From an uncultured Actinomycetes bacterium (GTDB taxonomy: Bacteria > Actinomycetota > UBA4738 > HRBIN12), in assembly GCA_963704725.1 (NCBI GenBank), contig OY969934.1, positions 160,001 to 224,000 of the forward strand: a stretch of DNA of 64,000 bases. Reading direction: 5' to 3'. Of the stretch, positions 36,154 through 46,694 are shown one piece after another. Position 1 is the stretch's first letter; the number at the start of each line of letters is the position of its first letter. The notes beneath the pieces are model-generated. The model saw only the letters and a program-made list of their open reading frames with translations, did no database searches and was not told the DNA's origin. The translations under genes and the position numbers were made by a program.

Positions 36154-36569
36154 TCACGGCGGTCGACTCGAACGTGCTCCTCGATGTGTTCACGGCCGAT
36201 GCCCGGTTCGGCGCCGTCTCTCGCCGGGCGATCGCCGCAGCCCACGAAGCCGGCGCCGTGATGGCGTGCGAGGTGGTCTGGGCGGAGGTCGCGGCTTCCT
36301 ACCGGAGCGCGGACGAGGGACGTGAACGCCTCGATCAGCTCGGCGTCCGATTCGCGGCGATCGATCCCGAGGTCGCCCTGGCCGCAGGGACGCTGTGGTG
36401 GAACCATCTCCGCGCCGACGACGGCCGTGACCGGTCGATGGCGGACTTCCTGATCGGCACGCACGCCTGGATGCGAGCAGACGCCCTGCTGACCAGGGAC
36501 CGTGGCTTCTACCGGGGGTCTTTCAGGCGTCTGAGGATCGTCGATCCGTCGACGGCGCGATCGGCCTGA
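36150..36569 (+). CDS. vapC: PIN-domain toxin
   Basis: [26 protein letters not shown]; GTGA overlap. Confidence 0.9.
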   Translation: MITAVDSNVLLDVFTADARFGAVSRRAIAAAHEAGAVMACEVVWAEVAASYRSADEGRERLDQLGVRFAAIDPEVALAAGTLWWNHLRADDGRDRSMADFLIGTHAWMRADALLTRDRGFYRGSFRRLRIVDPSTARSA

Positions 36570-36882
36570 AGAAGCACGATCGCTCGCCGGTGTGGCAGGC
36601 CGCGCCCTCCTGATGGACGCGCACGAGCACCACGTCGCCGTCGCAGTCGGCGCGCACCTCCTCGATGTGCTGGACGTGCCCGCTCGTCTCGCCCTTGCGC
36701 CACAGCTCCTGCCGCGATCGGCTCCAGAACACGGTCCGTCCCTCGTCGAGCGTGTGCTGCAACGACGCGCGGCTCATCCACGCCATCATGAGCACGTCGC
36801 CGTTCTCGGCGTCCTGGACGATCGCCGGGATCAGGCCGCGGTCGTCGAACCGGAGTTCGTCGAGCTCCGCGCGCCCGGTCAC
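36523..36882 (-). CDS. hisI: phosphoribosyl-AMP cyclohydrolase
   Basis: [36 protein letters not shown]. Confidence 0.95.
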   Translation of the reverse strand: MTGRAELDELRFDDRGLIPAIVQDAENGDVLMMAWMSRASLQHTLDEGRTVFWSRSRQELWRKGETSGHVQHIEEVRADCDGDVVLVRVHQEGAACHTGERSCFFRPIAPSTDRRSSDA

Positions 36883-37646
36883 GCCACCCTCACCGTGATA
36901 CCCCGGCGCAGGAGGTGGTCCTTGACCTCCCGGATCGTGAGCTCCTCGAAGTGGAAGCGCGAGGCGGCGAGCACGGCATCGGCGTGTCCCTCGGTGAGTG
37001 CCTCGGCGAAGTGCTCCACGCCTCCCGCGCCGCCGCTCGCGACGACCGGGACACCGACGGCGTCGCTCACGGAGCGCAGGAGGTCGAGGTCGTACCCCTG
37101 CCCCGTCCCGTCGCGATCCATCGACGTCAGGAGCACCTCGCCGGCACCGTGGCGCTCCGTGGCCTCCACCGCCCACGCCACCGCGTCGCGCCCGGTGGCC
37201 GTTCGACCGGCGTCCACGAACACCTCCCACCCGTCGCCCGGCCGGCTCCGCGCGTCGATCGCCACCACCATGCACTGCGTGCCGAACCGCTCCGCGCAGC
37301 GACCGAGGAGCGTCGGATCGCGTACGGCCGCGCTGTTGACGGCGATCTTGTCGGCCCCGGCCCGCAGCAGCTCGCGCACGTCGTCCTCGGCCCGGACCCC
37401 GCCGCCCACGGTCAGCGGGATGAACACCTGGTCGGCCGTTCGCGAGATGACGTCGAGCGTCGCGCGGCGGCCCTCCACGGTCGCGGTGATGTCGAGGAAG
37501 ACCAGCTCGTCGGCGCCCTCGGCGTCGTAGCGCGCGGCGAGCTCGACCGGGTCCCCGGCGTCGACGAGGTCGACGAACCTCGTGCCCTTGACCACCCGCC
37601 CGCCGTCGACGTCGAGGCACGGCAGGATCCGCTTGGCGAGCGTCAT
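36879..37646 (-). CDS. hisF: imidazole glycerol phosphate synthase subunit HisF
   Basis: [35 protein letters not shown]. Confidence 0.96.
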   Translation of the reverse strand: MTLAKRILPCLDVDGGRVVKGTRFVDLVDAGDPVELAARYDAEGADELVFLDITATVEGRRATLDVISRTADQVFIPLTVGGGVRAEDDVRELLRAGADKIAVNSAAVRDPTLLGRCAERFGTQCMVVAIDARSRPGDGWEVFVDAGRTATGRDAVAWAVEATERHGAGEVLLTSMDRDGTGQGYDLDLLRSVSDAVGVPVVASGGAGGVEHFAEALTEGHADAVLAASRFHFEELTIREVKDHLLRRGITVRVA

Positions 37647-38344
37647 CCCCGGACGACCTCCTGGAGCCGCAGCGTGCCCGCGTACATCGCCTTGCCGACG
37701 ACGCAGGCCTCGAGCCCGAGCTCGCGAAGCGCCCATACGTCGTCGGCGACGCGGATGCCGCCGCTCGCGATCACCGGCACCTCGGTGAGCTCGAGCATCC
37801 CCTCGTACAGGGCGAGATCCGGCCCGTCCATCGTTCCGTCGCGCGCGATCGCGGTGACCAGGAAGCGAGGGGCGCCCACACCCTGCAGGGCGGGCACGAC
37901 GTCCTCGAGCCGCGGGCCCTCGCGTCGCCAGCCGTGGGTCATGACCCGGCCGTCGCGAACGTCCACAGCGACGGCGATGCCGTCCCCGGCGAGCGCCACC
38001 GCCTCGGCCACGACGTTCGGGTCGAGCGCGGCCGCGGTGCCGAGGATGGCTCGAGCCGCGCCGTCCTCGAGCGCGCGCTCGACGTCGGCCGTCGTGCGCA
38101 GCCCTCCGCCGAGCTGGACCGGGATGGCGACCGCCCGGCAGATGTCCTTGACGACGTCGCGATTCGTGCCGTCCTCACGCGCCGCGTCGAGGTCGACGAG
38201 ATGCAGGCGCCGGGCGCCCTCGGCTTCGAACCGACGGGCCACCTCCACCGGGTCGTCGTCGTAGACGGTCTCGGCGTCGACATCGCCCCGGAACAGCCGG
38301 ACGCAGCGGCCGTGTCGGAGGTCGATGGCGGGGATGACGATCAC
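37643..38344 (-). CDS. hisA: ProFAR isomerase
   Basis: IPAIDL..GRCVRL, LHLVDLD, QLGGGLR, RDGTM.GPD, IASGG. Confidence 0.94.
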   Translation of the reverse strand: MIVIPAIDLRHGRCVRLFRGDVDAETVYDDDPVEVARRFEAEGARRLHLVDLDAAREDGTNRDVVKDICRAVAIPVQLGGGLRTTADVERALEDGAARAILGTAAALDPNVVAEAVALAGDGIAVAVDVRDGRVMTHGWRREGPRLEDVVPALQGVGAPRFLVTAIARDGTMDGPDLALYEGMLELTEVPVIASGGIRVADDVWALRELGLEACVVGKAMYAGTLRLQEVVRG

Positions 38345-38946
38345 GACTCCGCCTCCCGGACGAACGCTTCGTACAAACGCAGACCGGGGTCCCCCGACTT
38401 CTCCGGATGGAACTGCGTGGCGAACACGCGGTCCCGGCCGGCGGCGGCGGCGAAGGGGCGGCCGTGCTCGGTCACGCCGACCGTCGTGCGGGCGTCGGGG
38501 TCCGGGGCGAACGAGTGCACGAAGTAGAAGCGCGTGCCGGTGGGCACGTCGCGCACGAAGGGGTGCGTCTCGGTCCAGCGCACACCGTTCCACCCCATGT
38601 GCGGGACCTTGACCTCGCTCGGCAGGCGCCGCGAGAGGCCCTCGAACAGCCCCAGCCCCGGCTCCGGATCCTCCTCGCTCCCCGCGAACAGCACCTGCAT
38701 GCCGACGCAGACGCCGAAGAGCGGCCGTTCGCTCCCCGCGAACTCGCGGACCACCCGATCGAGGCCCCGCTCGCGAAGGCTCCGCATGCACGCGCCGAAG
38801 TGCCCGACGCCGGGGACGACCAGGCCGTCGGCGGCGAGCGCCGCGGATCCGTCGTCCGTCACGTCGGGCTTGCCGCCCACGTGCTCGATGGCCCGGGCCA
38901 CGCTCCGCAGGTTGCCCATGCCGTAATCGAGGACGGCGATCGTCAC
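38341..38946 (-). CDS. hisH: IGP synthase glutamine amidotransferase subunit
   Basis: DYGMGNL, PGVG, GVCVGMQ, PHMGWN, QFHPEKS. Confidence 0.96.
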   Translation of the reverse strand: MTIAVLDYGMGNLRSVARAIEHVGGKPDVTDDGSAALAADGLVVPGVGHFGACMRSLRERGLDRVVREFAGSERPLFGVCVGMQVLFAGSEEDPEPGLGLFEGLSRRLPSEVKVPHMGWNGVRWTETHPFVRDVPTGTRFYFVHSFAPDPDARTTVGVTEHGRPFAAAAGRDRVFATQFHPEKSGDPGLRLYEAFVREAES

Positions 38947-39524
38947 AGCGTGCCCTTCGTGCTCGGGACCTCGCCCCCGGCGATGCCCACGGCGTCTCGC
39001 AGGCACGCGGCGAGCGCCTTGAACTCGGCCTCGACGACGTGGTGCGGAGAGCGGCCGGCCCGCAGCCGGACGTGGAGCGTGAGCTCGGCCGCCGTGGCGA
39101 ACGCCCGCAGGAAGTCCTCCGTGAGACCGGTGTCGTACGTGCCGATCGTCTCGGCCGGCACCGACACCTCGTGCACGACGAAGGGGCGTCCCGACAGGTC
39201 GAGCGCGACCTCCACCGCCGCCTCGTCGAGCGGGACGGTGATCGAGGCGAACCGCCGCACCCCGCGCTTGTCGCCGAGCGCCTCCTTCAGCGCCTGGCCC
39301 AGCGCGAGCCCCACGTCCTCGACCGTGTGGTGCCCGTCGACGTCGAGGTCTCCCGTCGCGGTGACCGACAGGTCGAACCGCGCATGCGTCCCGAGCTGCT
39401 GCAGCATGTGGTCGAAGAACGGTAGCCCGGTGTCGGCGCTCGAGGAGCCCGACCCGTCGAGCGTCAGCTCGACGCGGACGTCCGTCTCCTTCGTCCGGCG
39501 TGCCACCGTCGCCCGGCGGGTCAT
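38943..39524 (-). CDS. hisB: imidazoleglycerol-phosphate dehydratase
   Basis: RRTKET, FFDHML, DGHHTVED, HHVVEA.FKA, PSTKG. Confidence 0.96.
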   Translation of the reverse strand: MTRRATVARRTKETDVRVELTLDGSGSSSADTGLPFFDHMLQQLGTHARFDLSVTATGDLDVDGHHTVEDVGLALGQALKEALGDKRGVRRFASITVPLDEAAVEVALDLSGRPFVVHEVSVPAETIGTYDTGLTEDFLRAFATAAELTLHVRLRAGRSPHHVVEAEFKALAACLRDAVGIAGGEVPSTKGTL

Positions 39525-40567
39525 GCGAGGACCTCCTCGAGCGCGGACAGGAACCGGTCGACCTCCTGCGGCGTGCCGGCGGTGACGCGGAGGCACCCCG
39601 GTACGAGCGCGCTGAAGTCGCGGACGAGCACGCTCCGGTCGAGCAGGCCCTGCCACACGTCCCCGGCCGGCCGAGGTGGCCGGAACAACACGAAGTTCGC
39701 CTCCGAGGGGAACGCCTCGACGCCCATCGGAGGGAGCGCCTGCAGGATCCGGTCGCGTTCCGCGCGGATCGCGTCGAGGATCTCGAGCGCCTCGTCCCGA
39801 TGGTCGAGCGCCACGAGCCCGGCCGCCTGCGTGAGGGAGCTCAAGTGGTAGGGAAGACGGACCCGCCGCAGGTCCCCGACGATCTCGGGGGAGGTCAGGC
39901 AGTACCCGACGCGGGCCCCGGCCAGGGCGAACGCCTTCGAGAACGTCCGGACGACGGCGAGGTTCCGGTACCGGGGGACCAGCGGGGCCGCGCTCCGGCC
40001 GCCGAACTCCACGTAGGCCTCGTCGACGATCACCAGCGCCGGGGTGTTGGCGGCCAGCTCGATCACGTCGAGCGGCTGGGCGTTGCCGGTGGGGTTGTTC
40101 GGCGAGCAGACGAAGACCACGTCGGGCCCGAACCCGAGGGCCCGGGCCACGTCGGGCGCGCCGATCGTCCACGGCGCCTCGAGGCGGACGGGAACGACGT
40201 CGGCGTTGGCCACCCAGGACAGCCGCGAGTGCAACGCGTACGTGGGCTCGAACACGACCACACGACGGCCCGGACCTCCGTAAGCCTGGAGGAGCTGGAT
40301 CAGGATCTCGTTCGAGCCGTTCGCGACCCAGGTGCCCTCGAGGGTGTGCCCGTGCAGGTCGGCCAGGCGCGAGCGGAGCGTCTCGGCTTCGCGGTCGGGG
40401 TATCGGTTCAGGCTCAGGTCGCCGACGGCGTCGGAGAGGTCGCGGCGGAAGGGCTCGGGAAGCGGGTAGGGGCACTCGTTGGTGTTCAGGCGGACCCGGA
40501 CGTCGAGCTGCGGGGCCTCGTAGGGCTCGATGTCGCGCAGGCCGGGGCGGGGGAGTGCCGGGTTCAC
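39521..40567 (-). CDS. hisC: histidinol-phosphate aminotransferase
   Basis: LNTNE, NRYPD, NGSNE, PNNPTG, DEAY, RTFSKAF.LAG.RVG. Confidence 0.95.
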   Translation of the reverse strand: MNPALPRPGLRDIEPYEAPQLDVRVRLNTNECPYPLPEPFRRDLSDAVGDLSLNRYPDREAETLRSRLADLHGHTLEGTWVANGSNEILIQLLQAYGGPGRRVVVFEPTYALHSRLSWVANADVVPVRLEAPWTIGAPDVARALGFGPDVVFVCSPNNPTGNAQPLDVIELAANTPALVIVDEAYVEFGGRSAAPLVPRYRNLAVVRTFSKAFALAGARVGYCLTSPEIVGDLRRVRLPYHLSSLTQAAGLVALDHRDEALEILDAIRAERDRILQALPPMGVEAFPSEANFVLFRPPRPAGDVWQGLLDRSVLVRDFSALVPGCLRVTAGTPQEVDRFLSALEEVLA

Positions 40568-41847
40568 GACGTGCCCTTCTCGCTGCGGACCTCGACGGCC
40601 CGGGCGTGTCCGATCAGCCCCTCGCTGCGAGCGATCGCCGAGACCGCAGGCGCGAGCGAGCGCGCGGCGGCCTCGTCCATCTCGACGACCGACATGACCT
40701 TGACGAAGTCGGCCGCCCGGAGGCCGCTCGCGAACCGCGCCGTTCCGCCGGTGGGCAGGACGTGGTTCGACGCCACGCCGTAGTCGCCGAACGGCACGGG
40801 CGTGAACGCGCCGACGAAGATCGCCCCGGCGTTGCGGATGCCGGCCGGGAACGGCTCGGATCCATCGAGGAAGAGCTGGAGGTGTTCGGGCGCAAGCCCG
40901 TTCACGACCTCGACGGCGTGCTCCCAGTCCGCGACGAGGACGGCCCGGGCGTGCGACAGGGCGGACTCGACGACCTCGCGCCTGGCCGCCCCGGCCACCT
41001 CGGCGACGAGCGCCCTCTCGATCCGCTCGACGAGCCCGGGATCGACGGCGACGAGCGTGGCGAGCGCGTCGGGATCGTGCTCGGCCTGCGCCACGAGGTC
41101 GACGGCCGCCCACCGGGGGTCGGTGCCCGATCCCGCCACCAGGACGAGCTCGGTCGGTCCCGCCAGGCCGTCGATCCCGATCACGCCGCTGAGCTGGCGC
41201 TTGGCCTCGGTCACGTAGGCGTTGCCCGGCCCCACCACCTTGTCCACCGCCGGGACCGAGTCCGTGCCGAACGCGAGCGCCGCGATCGCCTGGGCGCCGC
41301 CCACCCGGACGACGCGTGTCGCCCCGGCGCGCCGGGCCGCGTACAGCACCGCCGGGTGGACCGAGCCGTCGGAGCGGGGAGGCGTGCACACGACGATCTC
41401 CGCGACCCCGGCGACGAGGGCCGGCGTCACGGTCATGGCCACGGATGAGGGGTAGACGGCTCGGCCCCCCGGCACGTAGCAGCCGGCCGCGCGGATGGGG
41501 CGAACGCGTTCGGCGAAGCGGATCCCGCCCCGCTCGTCCTGCCACTCGGGCGGGATCTGCCGCCGGTGGAGGTCGGCGACGCGGTCGACCAGGTCGTCGA
41601 GCGCGCGCCGGAGCGGGTCGGGGACGGCCTCGAGCGCGGCGGCGAACTCGTCGGGGGTCACGGCGAGGCCGCGCTCGCCGAGGTCGGCACCGTCGAACCG
41701 GAGCGTCAGGTCCAGGAGCGCGGCGTCGCCCTCGTCGCGGACGCGCCGAACGATCCCGCGAACGGTGTCTGCGACCTGAGGGTCGATCTCGAGGCGTCTG
41801 GGCTCGAGCCGCTCCCTCCGGTCCCGGAGGTCGAGGAGCTCGAGCAC
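40564..41847 (-). CDS. hisD: histidinol dehydrogenase
   Basis: YVPGG, GGAQA, GPGNAYV, AGPTE, QAEHD, APEHL, GDY...NHVLPT. Confidence 0.96.
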   Translation of the reverse strand: MLELLDLRDRRERLEPRRLEIDPQVADTVRGIVRRVRDEGDAALLDLTLRFDGADLGERGLAVTPDEFAAALEAVPDPLRRALDDLVDRVADLHRRQIPPEWQDERGGIRFAERVRPIRAAGCYVPGGRAVYPSSVAMTVTPALVAGVAEIVVCTPPRSDGSVHPAVLYAARRAGATRVVRVGGAQAIAALAFGTDSVPAVDKVVGPGNAYVTEAKRQLSGVIGIDGLAGPTELVLVAGSGTDPRWAAVDLVAQAEHDPDALATLVAVDPGLVERIERALVAEVAGAARREVVESALSHARAVLVADWEHAVEVVNGLAPEHLQLFLDGSEPFPAGIRNAGAIFVGAFTPVPFGDYGVASNHVLPTGGTARFASGLRAADFVKVMSVVEMDEAAARSLAPAVSAIARSEGLIGHARAVEVRSEKGTS

Positions 41848-42003
41848 CTAATGCTCCTCGACGACCTCGTGATGCTCGGCGGAGGGAGCGGGGCGGCCGG
41901 CGCGGCGATCGCGCACGAACAGGACCCAGCCGCTCGCGGAGACGAACGCCGCGGCGGCACACAGCAGGCCGAGGGCGAGCAGGAGCGTCGTCTGCCGGGT
42001 CAT
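41848..42003 (-). CDS. 51-aa single-TM uORF ending EHHEVVEEH, abutting hisD
   Basis: ATG 42003 after GAGGGA; translation MTRQTTLLLALGLLCAAAAFVSASGWVLFVRDRRAGRPAPSAEHHEVVEEH; TAG immediately precedes the hisD GTG. Confidence 0.7.
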   Translation of the reverse strand: MTRQTTLLLALGLLCAAAAFVSASGWVLFVRDRRAGRPAPSAEHHEVVEEH

Positions 42004-42158
42004 GGGTCCCTCAGGGTACCCGAACGGGCCGCCCCGGGGCCGAGCGACCTCAACCGGACCTGGCGGGTCGGCGGTCGGGAACCGACTCGCCGGTCGGGCA
42101 GTAGTTGTCTGGTCAGGGCTCGCCGGAGCGGCGCCGCCCGAGCGGGAGGGAGGCCATC

Positions 42159-43421
42159 ATGCGTGGGAAGACCGGGTTCCTCGTTCCGTTGCTGGGTCTC
42201 GTGCTGGCCGCCTGCACGTCCGCGGCGCCCGCCGACCGGAGCGGACCGGCGTCCGTCCCCCGAGAGGTCCTGTCCATCCGGACCCCGAGCGGTCCCGCCA
42301 CGATCGAGGTCCCGGCCGGCTCGGTGCTGTTCGAGCGCGACGGCGCCCTGGCCTCGCCGGACGGGACGCGGCTGTACGCCGCGTCGGTCTTCGGCGGTCG
42401 CACGGTCGTGGAGACCAACGACGCCGTCTCCGGCGAGCTGATCGCCCGAGCCCCGGTCGCCGGCGAGCACGAGCTCGTGGCCGTCTCGGGGAGTGGCCGC
42501 GCGGCCGCGCTCACGGACCCCCTGCCCCGGGGTTGGGATCCGGCCGTGCCGGTGCCCCGGGCGTGGACCTCGATCGTCGTCGCGGATCCTACGGGCGGGA
42601 CCGAGCCGAGGGCCTACCGCCTGCGGGGGAACTTCGAGCCCGAGGCGTTCTCGGTGGCCGACGACCGGCTGTTCCTGATCCAGTTCCTCCCGGCGCAGGC
42701 GCCCGAGGTGTACCGGGTGACGGTGCTCGATCTCCGCCACGGCGACGTGTATCCGGTGTTCGGCCCGTACAAGGGCCCGGCCGAGCGCATGCCCGGCACG
42801 CGGCTCGAGCAGATCCTCTCGCCCGACGGCGCCCGTCTGTACACGTTGTACTCGAGCTCGCGGCCCGGCTTCGCGCCGCACGACGCCCCGGTCCCGGCCA
42901 ACGCCGACGTGTCCTTCGTCCACGTGCTCGACCTGCGCGAGGGGTGGGCCCACTGCGTCGCCCTTCCGAGACAGCTGTGGGACCGCCCCGCCGCCGAGCA
43001 GACCATGGCCGTCTCGCCGGACGGCTCGACGCTGTTCGTGGCCGACGCGGCGCGAGGCGTGGTGGCCGCGATGAACACCGACACGCTCGAGACGCGATAC
43101 GAGACGGAGATCGCGTTCGGCGTCGTCGGGGATGGAGACGCCACGGCCCAGGTGAGCGCCGACGGCGCCACGCTGTTCGTCGCGGGGGGCGGGGGCGCCT
43201 CGACGCTGTTCGCGCTCGACACCACATCACTCCAGATCTCGGACCGGTGGGCGTTCGAGGGCCCCGTCTCGGGTCTTGGGCTGTCGATGGACGGCGAGCG
43301 GCTCTACGTCGCGACGCCGGACCGCGTGGACGTGCTCGACCCACTGACGGGCGAAACCCTGGCCGGCGTGCCGTTCGCGAACCCCTCGCCGATCCTGCAC
43401 CTCGAGCCGATCGCCGGCTGA
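42159..43421 (+). CDS. beta-propeller (YncE-like) lipoprotein
   Basis: Lipobox LAAC; repeated SPDG..LY/LFV blades; GGGAGG SD. Confidence 0.78.
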   Translation: MRGKTGFLVPLLGLVLAACTSAAPADRSGPASVPREVLSIRTPSGPATIEVPAGSVLFERDGALASPDGTRLYAASVFGGRTVVETNDAVSGELIARAPVAGEHELVAVSGSGRAAALTDPLPRGWDPAVPVPRAWTSIVVADPTGGTEPRAYRLRGNFEPEAFSVADDRLFLIQFLPAQAPEVYRVTVLDLRHGDVYPVFGPYKGPAERMPGTRLEQILSPDGARLYTLYSSSRPGFAPHDAPVPANADVSFVHVLDLREGWAHCVALPRQLWDRPAAEQTMAVSPDGSTLFVADAARGVVAAMNTDTLETRYETEIAFGVVGDGDATAQVSADGATLFVAGGGGASTLFALDTTSLQISDRWAFEGPVSGLGLSMDGERLYVATPDRVDVLDPLTGETLAGVPFANPSPILHLEPIAG

Positions 43422-43470
43422 TCTGCGATCCGGGCTCGCGCCCCCGGGCCTGGTCGCGGAAGATGGCGCC

Positions 43471-44538
43471 ATGCGCCTGCCGGTCATGCCGCCCGTCGCG
43501 CCCATGCTGGCGAAGTCAGTGGAGGACATCCCCACCGGCGATCTCAGCTACGAGCCGAAGTGGGACGGGTTCCGCTCGATCGTGTTCCGCGACGGCGACG
43601 AGGTGGAGATCGGGAGCCGGAACGAGCGCCCCATGACCCGCTACTTCCCCGAGGTCGTCGGGGCCATCACGGCCAACCTCCCCGAACGCTGCGTCGTGGA
43701 CGGAGAGATCGTCGTCCCCGCCCCCGACGGCCGGCGGCTCGAGTTCGAGACCCTCCAGCAGCGCATCCACCCCGCCGCCAGCCGGGTCCGCCTGCTCGCC
43801 GAGCAGACGCCCGCCCACTTCGTGGCGTTCGACCTGCTCGCGCTTGGCGACCGCGATCTCACCCGCGCCCCGTTCCGCGAGCGGCGCGGCGCGCTCGCGG
43901 AGGCTCTGGCGGCGGCCTCGTCGCCGATCCACGTCACGCCGGCCACCACCGACCGGCGCGTGGCCGAGCGCTGGTTCCACCAGTTCGAGGGCGCCGGGCT
44001 CGACGGGGTGGTCGCCAAGCCGCTGGACGGGGTCTACCAGCAGGACAAGCGGGTGATGTTCAAGATCAAGCACGTCCGGACGGCGGACTGCGTGGTGGCC
44101 GGCTACCGGGTCCACAAGAACAGCGTGGACGCGATCGGGTCGCTGCTGCTCGGCCTGTACGACGACCGCGGCGACCTCGCCAGCGTGGGCGTCGTGGGGG
44201 CGTTCCCTATGCAGCGTCGCCGGTCCCTGTTCGTGGAGCTCCAGCCACTGGTCACGTCGTTCGAGGACCATCCGTGGGACTGGGCCAAGCTCGATGCCGA
44301 GGTCCGAACGCCCCGGGCCGGCGAGGGCAGCCGGTGGAACGCGAAGAAGGATCTGTCCTTCGTGCCGCTTCGGCCCGAGCGGGTCGTCGAGGTTCGCTAC
44401 GACCACATGGAGGGACCCCGTTTCCGCCACACGACCCAGTTCGTCCGGTGGCGCCCCGACCGCGACCCGCGCTCGTGCACCTACGGCCAGCTCCAGGAGC
44501 CGGCCGGCTACGACCTGGCCGAGATCCTCGGGGAGTGA
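43471..44538 (+). CDS. ligC: ATP-dependent DNA ligase LigC
   Basis: EPKWDGFR, DGEIV, FDLL, DGVVAK, KIKH.RTADCVV, FRH..RWRPD. Confidence 0.92.
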   Translation: MRLPVMPPVAPMLAKSVEDIPTGDLSYEPKWDGFRSIVFRDGDEVEIGSRNERPMTRYFPEVVGAITANLPERCVVDGEIVVPAPDGRRLEFETLQQRIHPAASRVRLLAEQTPAHFVAFDLLALGDRDLTRAPFRERRGALAEALAAASSPIHVTPATTDRRVAERWFHQFEGAGLDGVVAKPLDGVYQQDKRVMFKIKHVRTADCVVAGYRVHKNSVDAIGSLLLGLYDDRGDLASVGVVGAFPMQRRRSLFVELQPLVTSFEDHPWDWAKLDAEVRTPRAGEGSRWNAKKDLSFVPLRPERVVEVRYDHMEGPRFRHTTQFVRWRPDRDPRSCTYGQLQEPAGYDLAEILGE

Positions 44539-44678
44539 CCTCGGGGTGAACGGTCGGCGGTCCGGGGGTCCGGGGCGGGCCCGGCGAGGCAAACCCCTCC
44601 ATTCGGACGATGCCGCCCGGAACGGACGTGACTAGCATCGCGGCAACGACACGCGTTTGCGCAGGCAGAGGGGGCCCC

Positions 44679-46688
44679 ATGAACGTGGTCGATCGATCGC
44701 GGCGTGCTCGAGCCGGAGCCGGTCGCCTGCTGGCGGCGTGCGCCTTGGCGGCCTCGGTCCTGGTGGCCGCGTCCGGCGCCGCGTCGGCCGCCCCCGGCTC
44801 GGTGTTCGCCTGGGGCGACAACAGCCTCGGGCAGCTCGGCGACGGCACCACGATCGCCCACCGGACACCGGGCCCGGTCGCGATCCCCTCGGACGTCACG
44901 GCCGTCGAGGGCGGCCGGGGCCACGTGCTCGCGCTCCGGAGCGACGGGACGGTCCTGGCGTGGGGGAGCAACGACATGGGACAGGTGGGCGACGGGACCG
45001 TCGTCGACCGTCCCTCCGCGGTCCCGGTGGCCGGGCTCTCCGGTGTCACGCGGATCGCGGCCGGCCACTACCACTCCCTCGCCCTTCGCTCCGACGGCAC
45101 GGTGTGGGCGTGGGGGTTCAACAGCCTTGGGCAGCTCGGCGACGGGACGACCACCAACCGCCGGATGCCCGTGCCGGTCACCGGGCTCACCCAGGTCGTC
45201 GAGATCGCCGGCGGCCGAGACATGAGCTACGCGCTCCGCGCCGACGGCACCGTGTGGGCGTGGGGGCAGAACACGCTCGGACAGCTCGGCGACGGGACGA
45301 CCACCAACCGCCGCACGCCGGTTCGCGTGGGATCCCTCTCCGGCGTCGTCGGGATCGCGGCCGGCCGCGATCACGGCCTGGCCCTGCTCGCCGACGGCAC
45401 CGTGTGGGCGTGGGGGCACAACGCCTACGGGCAGTTGGGGGACGGGTCGACCACCAACCGCCTGTCTCCCGTGGCGGTGCCCGGGCTCAGCCAGGTCGTC
45501 GAGGTGACGGCCGGCGCGCACCACTCCCTGGCCCTACGCTCCGACGGCACCGTCCGCGCCTGGGGACGGAACTACCGCGGCCAGCTCGGCGACGGGACCC
45601 TCACGCAGCGACGATCGCCGGTGCCGGTGCCGGGCCTCGGCGGCGTCGTCGCGCTCGGCGCCGGCCGCGACCACAGCTTCGCAGTGCTCGCCGACGGAAC
45701 GCTTCGGGCCTGGGGCCTGAACGACTTCGGCCAGCTCGGCGACGGCACCACAACGAACCGGACCTCGCCCGTGCCGGTGCCCGGCCCGGCCGGGATCGTC
45801 GAGGCGGCGGGTGGCCGCGACTTCGGGGTCGCCCTCGTCGTCAGCTCCCCCGACGTCGATCCCCCCACCACGCCGGGGACGCCCGCCGGCACGAGCACGA
45901 CCTCGGACAGCATCACGGTCTCGTGGGCACCGTCGAGCGACGCCTCGCCGATCACCTACCGGATCTTCCGTGACGGGGCAGGGACGCCGGCCGGCACGAC
46001 GGCCTCGACCGGCTTCGTCGACACCGGGCTCGCCCCCGGGAGCACCCACACGTACACGGTCCAGGCCGTCGACTCCTCGGGGAACGAGAGCGGTCTCAGC
46101 GATCCGTCCGCGCCGATCACCGTGCTCTCCGGGACCCCGCCGATCTTCGCCGACGACTTCTCCACCGGCGACTTCTCCCGGTGGACCTCGGTGACGCGCC
46201 TGTCGATCGACGCGACGACCGGTGGCGCGGCGCCCCCGAGCGCCCGGGCGCAGGTCGTGTCCCAGAGCGCCTCGGCCTCTCGGATGCTGTCGTCCGCGTT
46301 CCCCTCGATCTGCGCGAGCGTGAACGTGAGCGCGACGTCGACCGGGACCACGACGCTGGCCCTCCTCCGGCTCCGGGCCGCGAGCGGCACGAACGTGATC
46401 CGCGTGTTCGTGAACGGGACGGGCACGCTGTTCGTGAAGTCGGACGTCTCGGGAACGCAGCGGAGCTCGAACGCCGTGCTCGGGGCGGGCTGGCACACGC
46501 TCGAGCTGTGCGGGACGATCGGGACGACGGGCACCTGGAGCCTCTACCGCGACGGCGCGGTCATCGTGAACGCGTGGGTGGTGAACACGGGCACCGCGGG
46601 CATCGGCCGTGTCGACCTCGGCGACACGGCGGCGAAGACCTTCACGGTCAACTTCGACGACGTCCTGGTCGACCAGGCGCCAGGGTAG
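44679..46688 (+). CDS. secreted RCC1-repeat protein with FN3 and C-terminal beta-sandwich domains
   Basis: Seven WG.N..GQLGDG repeats; FN3 motif TYTVQAVD..GN.S; C-terminal FADDF...FDD domain. Confidence 0.88.
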   Translation: MNVVDRSRRARAGAGRLLAACALAASVLVAASGAASAAPGSVFAWGDNSLGQLGDGTTIAHRTPGPVAIPSDVTAVEGGRGHVLALRSDGTVLAWGSNDMGQVGDGTVVDRPSAVPVAGLSGVTRIAAGHYHSLALRSDGTVWAWGFNSLGQLGDGTTTNRRMPVPVTGLTQVVEIAGGRDMSYALRADGTVWAWGQNTLGQLGDGTTTNRRTPVRVGSLSGVVGIAAGRDHGLALLADGTVWAWGHNAYGQLGDGSTTNRLSPVAVPGLSQVVEVTAGAHHSLALRSDGTVRAWGRNYRGQLGDGTLTQRRSPVPVPGLGGVVALGAGRDHSFAVLADGTLRAWGLNDFGQLGDGTTTNRTSPVPVPGPAGIVEAAGGRDFGVALVVSSPDVDPPTTPGTPAGTSTTSDSITVSWAPSSDASPITYRIFRDGAGTPAGTTASTGFVDTGLAPGSTHTYTVQAVDSSGNESGLSDPSAPITVLSGTPPIFADDFSTGDFSRWTSVTRLSIDATTGGAAPPSARAQVVSQSASASRMLSSAFPSICASVNVSATSTGTTTLALLRLRAASGTNVIRVFVNGTGTLFVKSDVSGTQRSSNAVLGAGWHTLELCGTIGTTGTWSLYRDGAVIVNAWVVNTGTAGIGRVDLGDTAAKTFTVNFDDVLVDQAPG

Positions 46689-46694
46689 GTCCGC

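Noticed and set aside
44800-45790. Regularly spaced ~156-bp DNA repeats (CAGCTCGGCGACGG...)
   Set aside because: They are in-frame RCC1 protein repeats, not a CRISPR array; the intervening sequences are homologous and no cas genes are present
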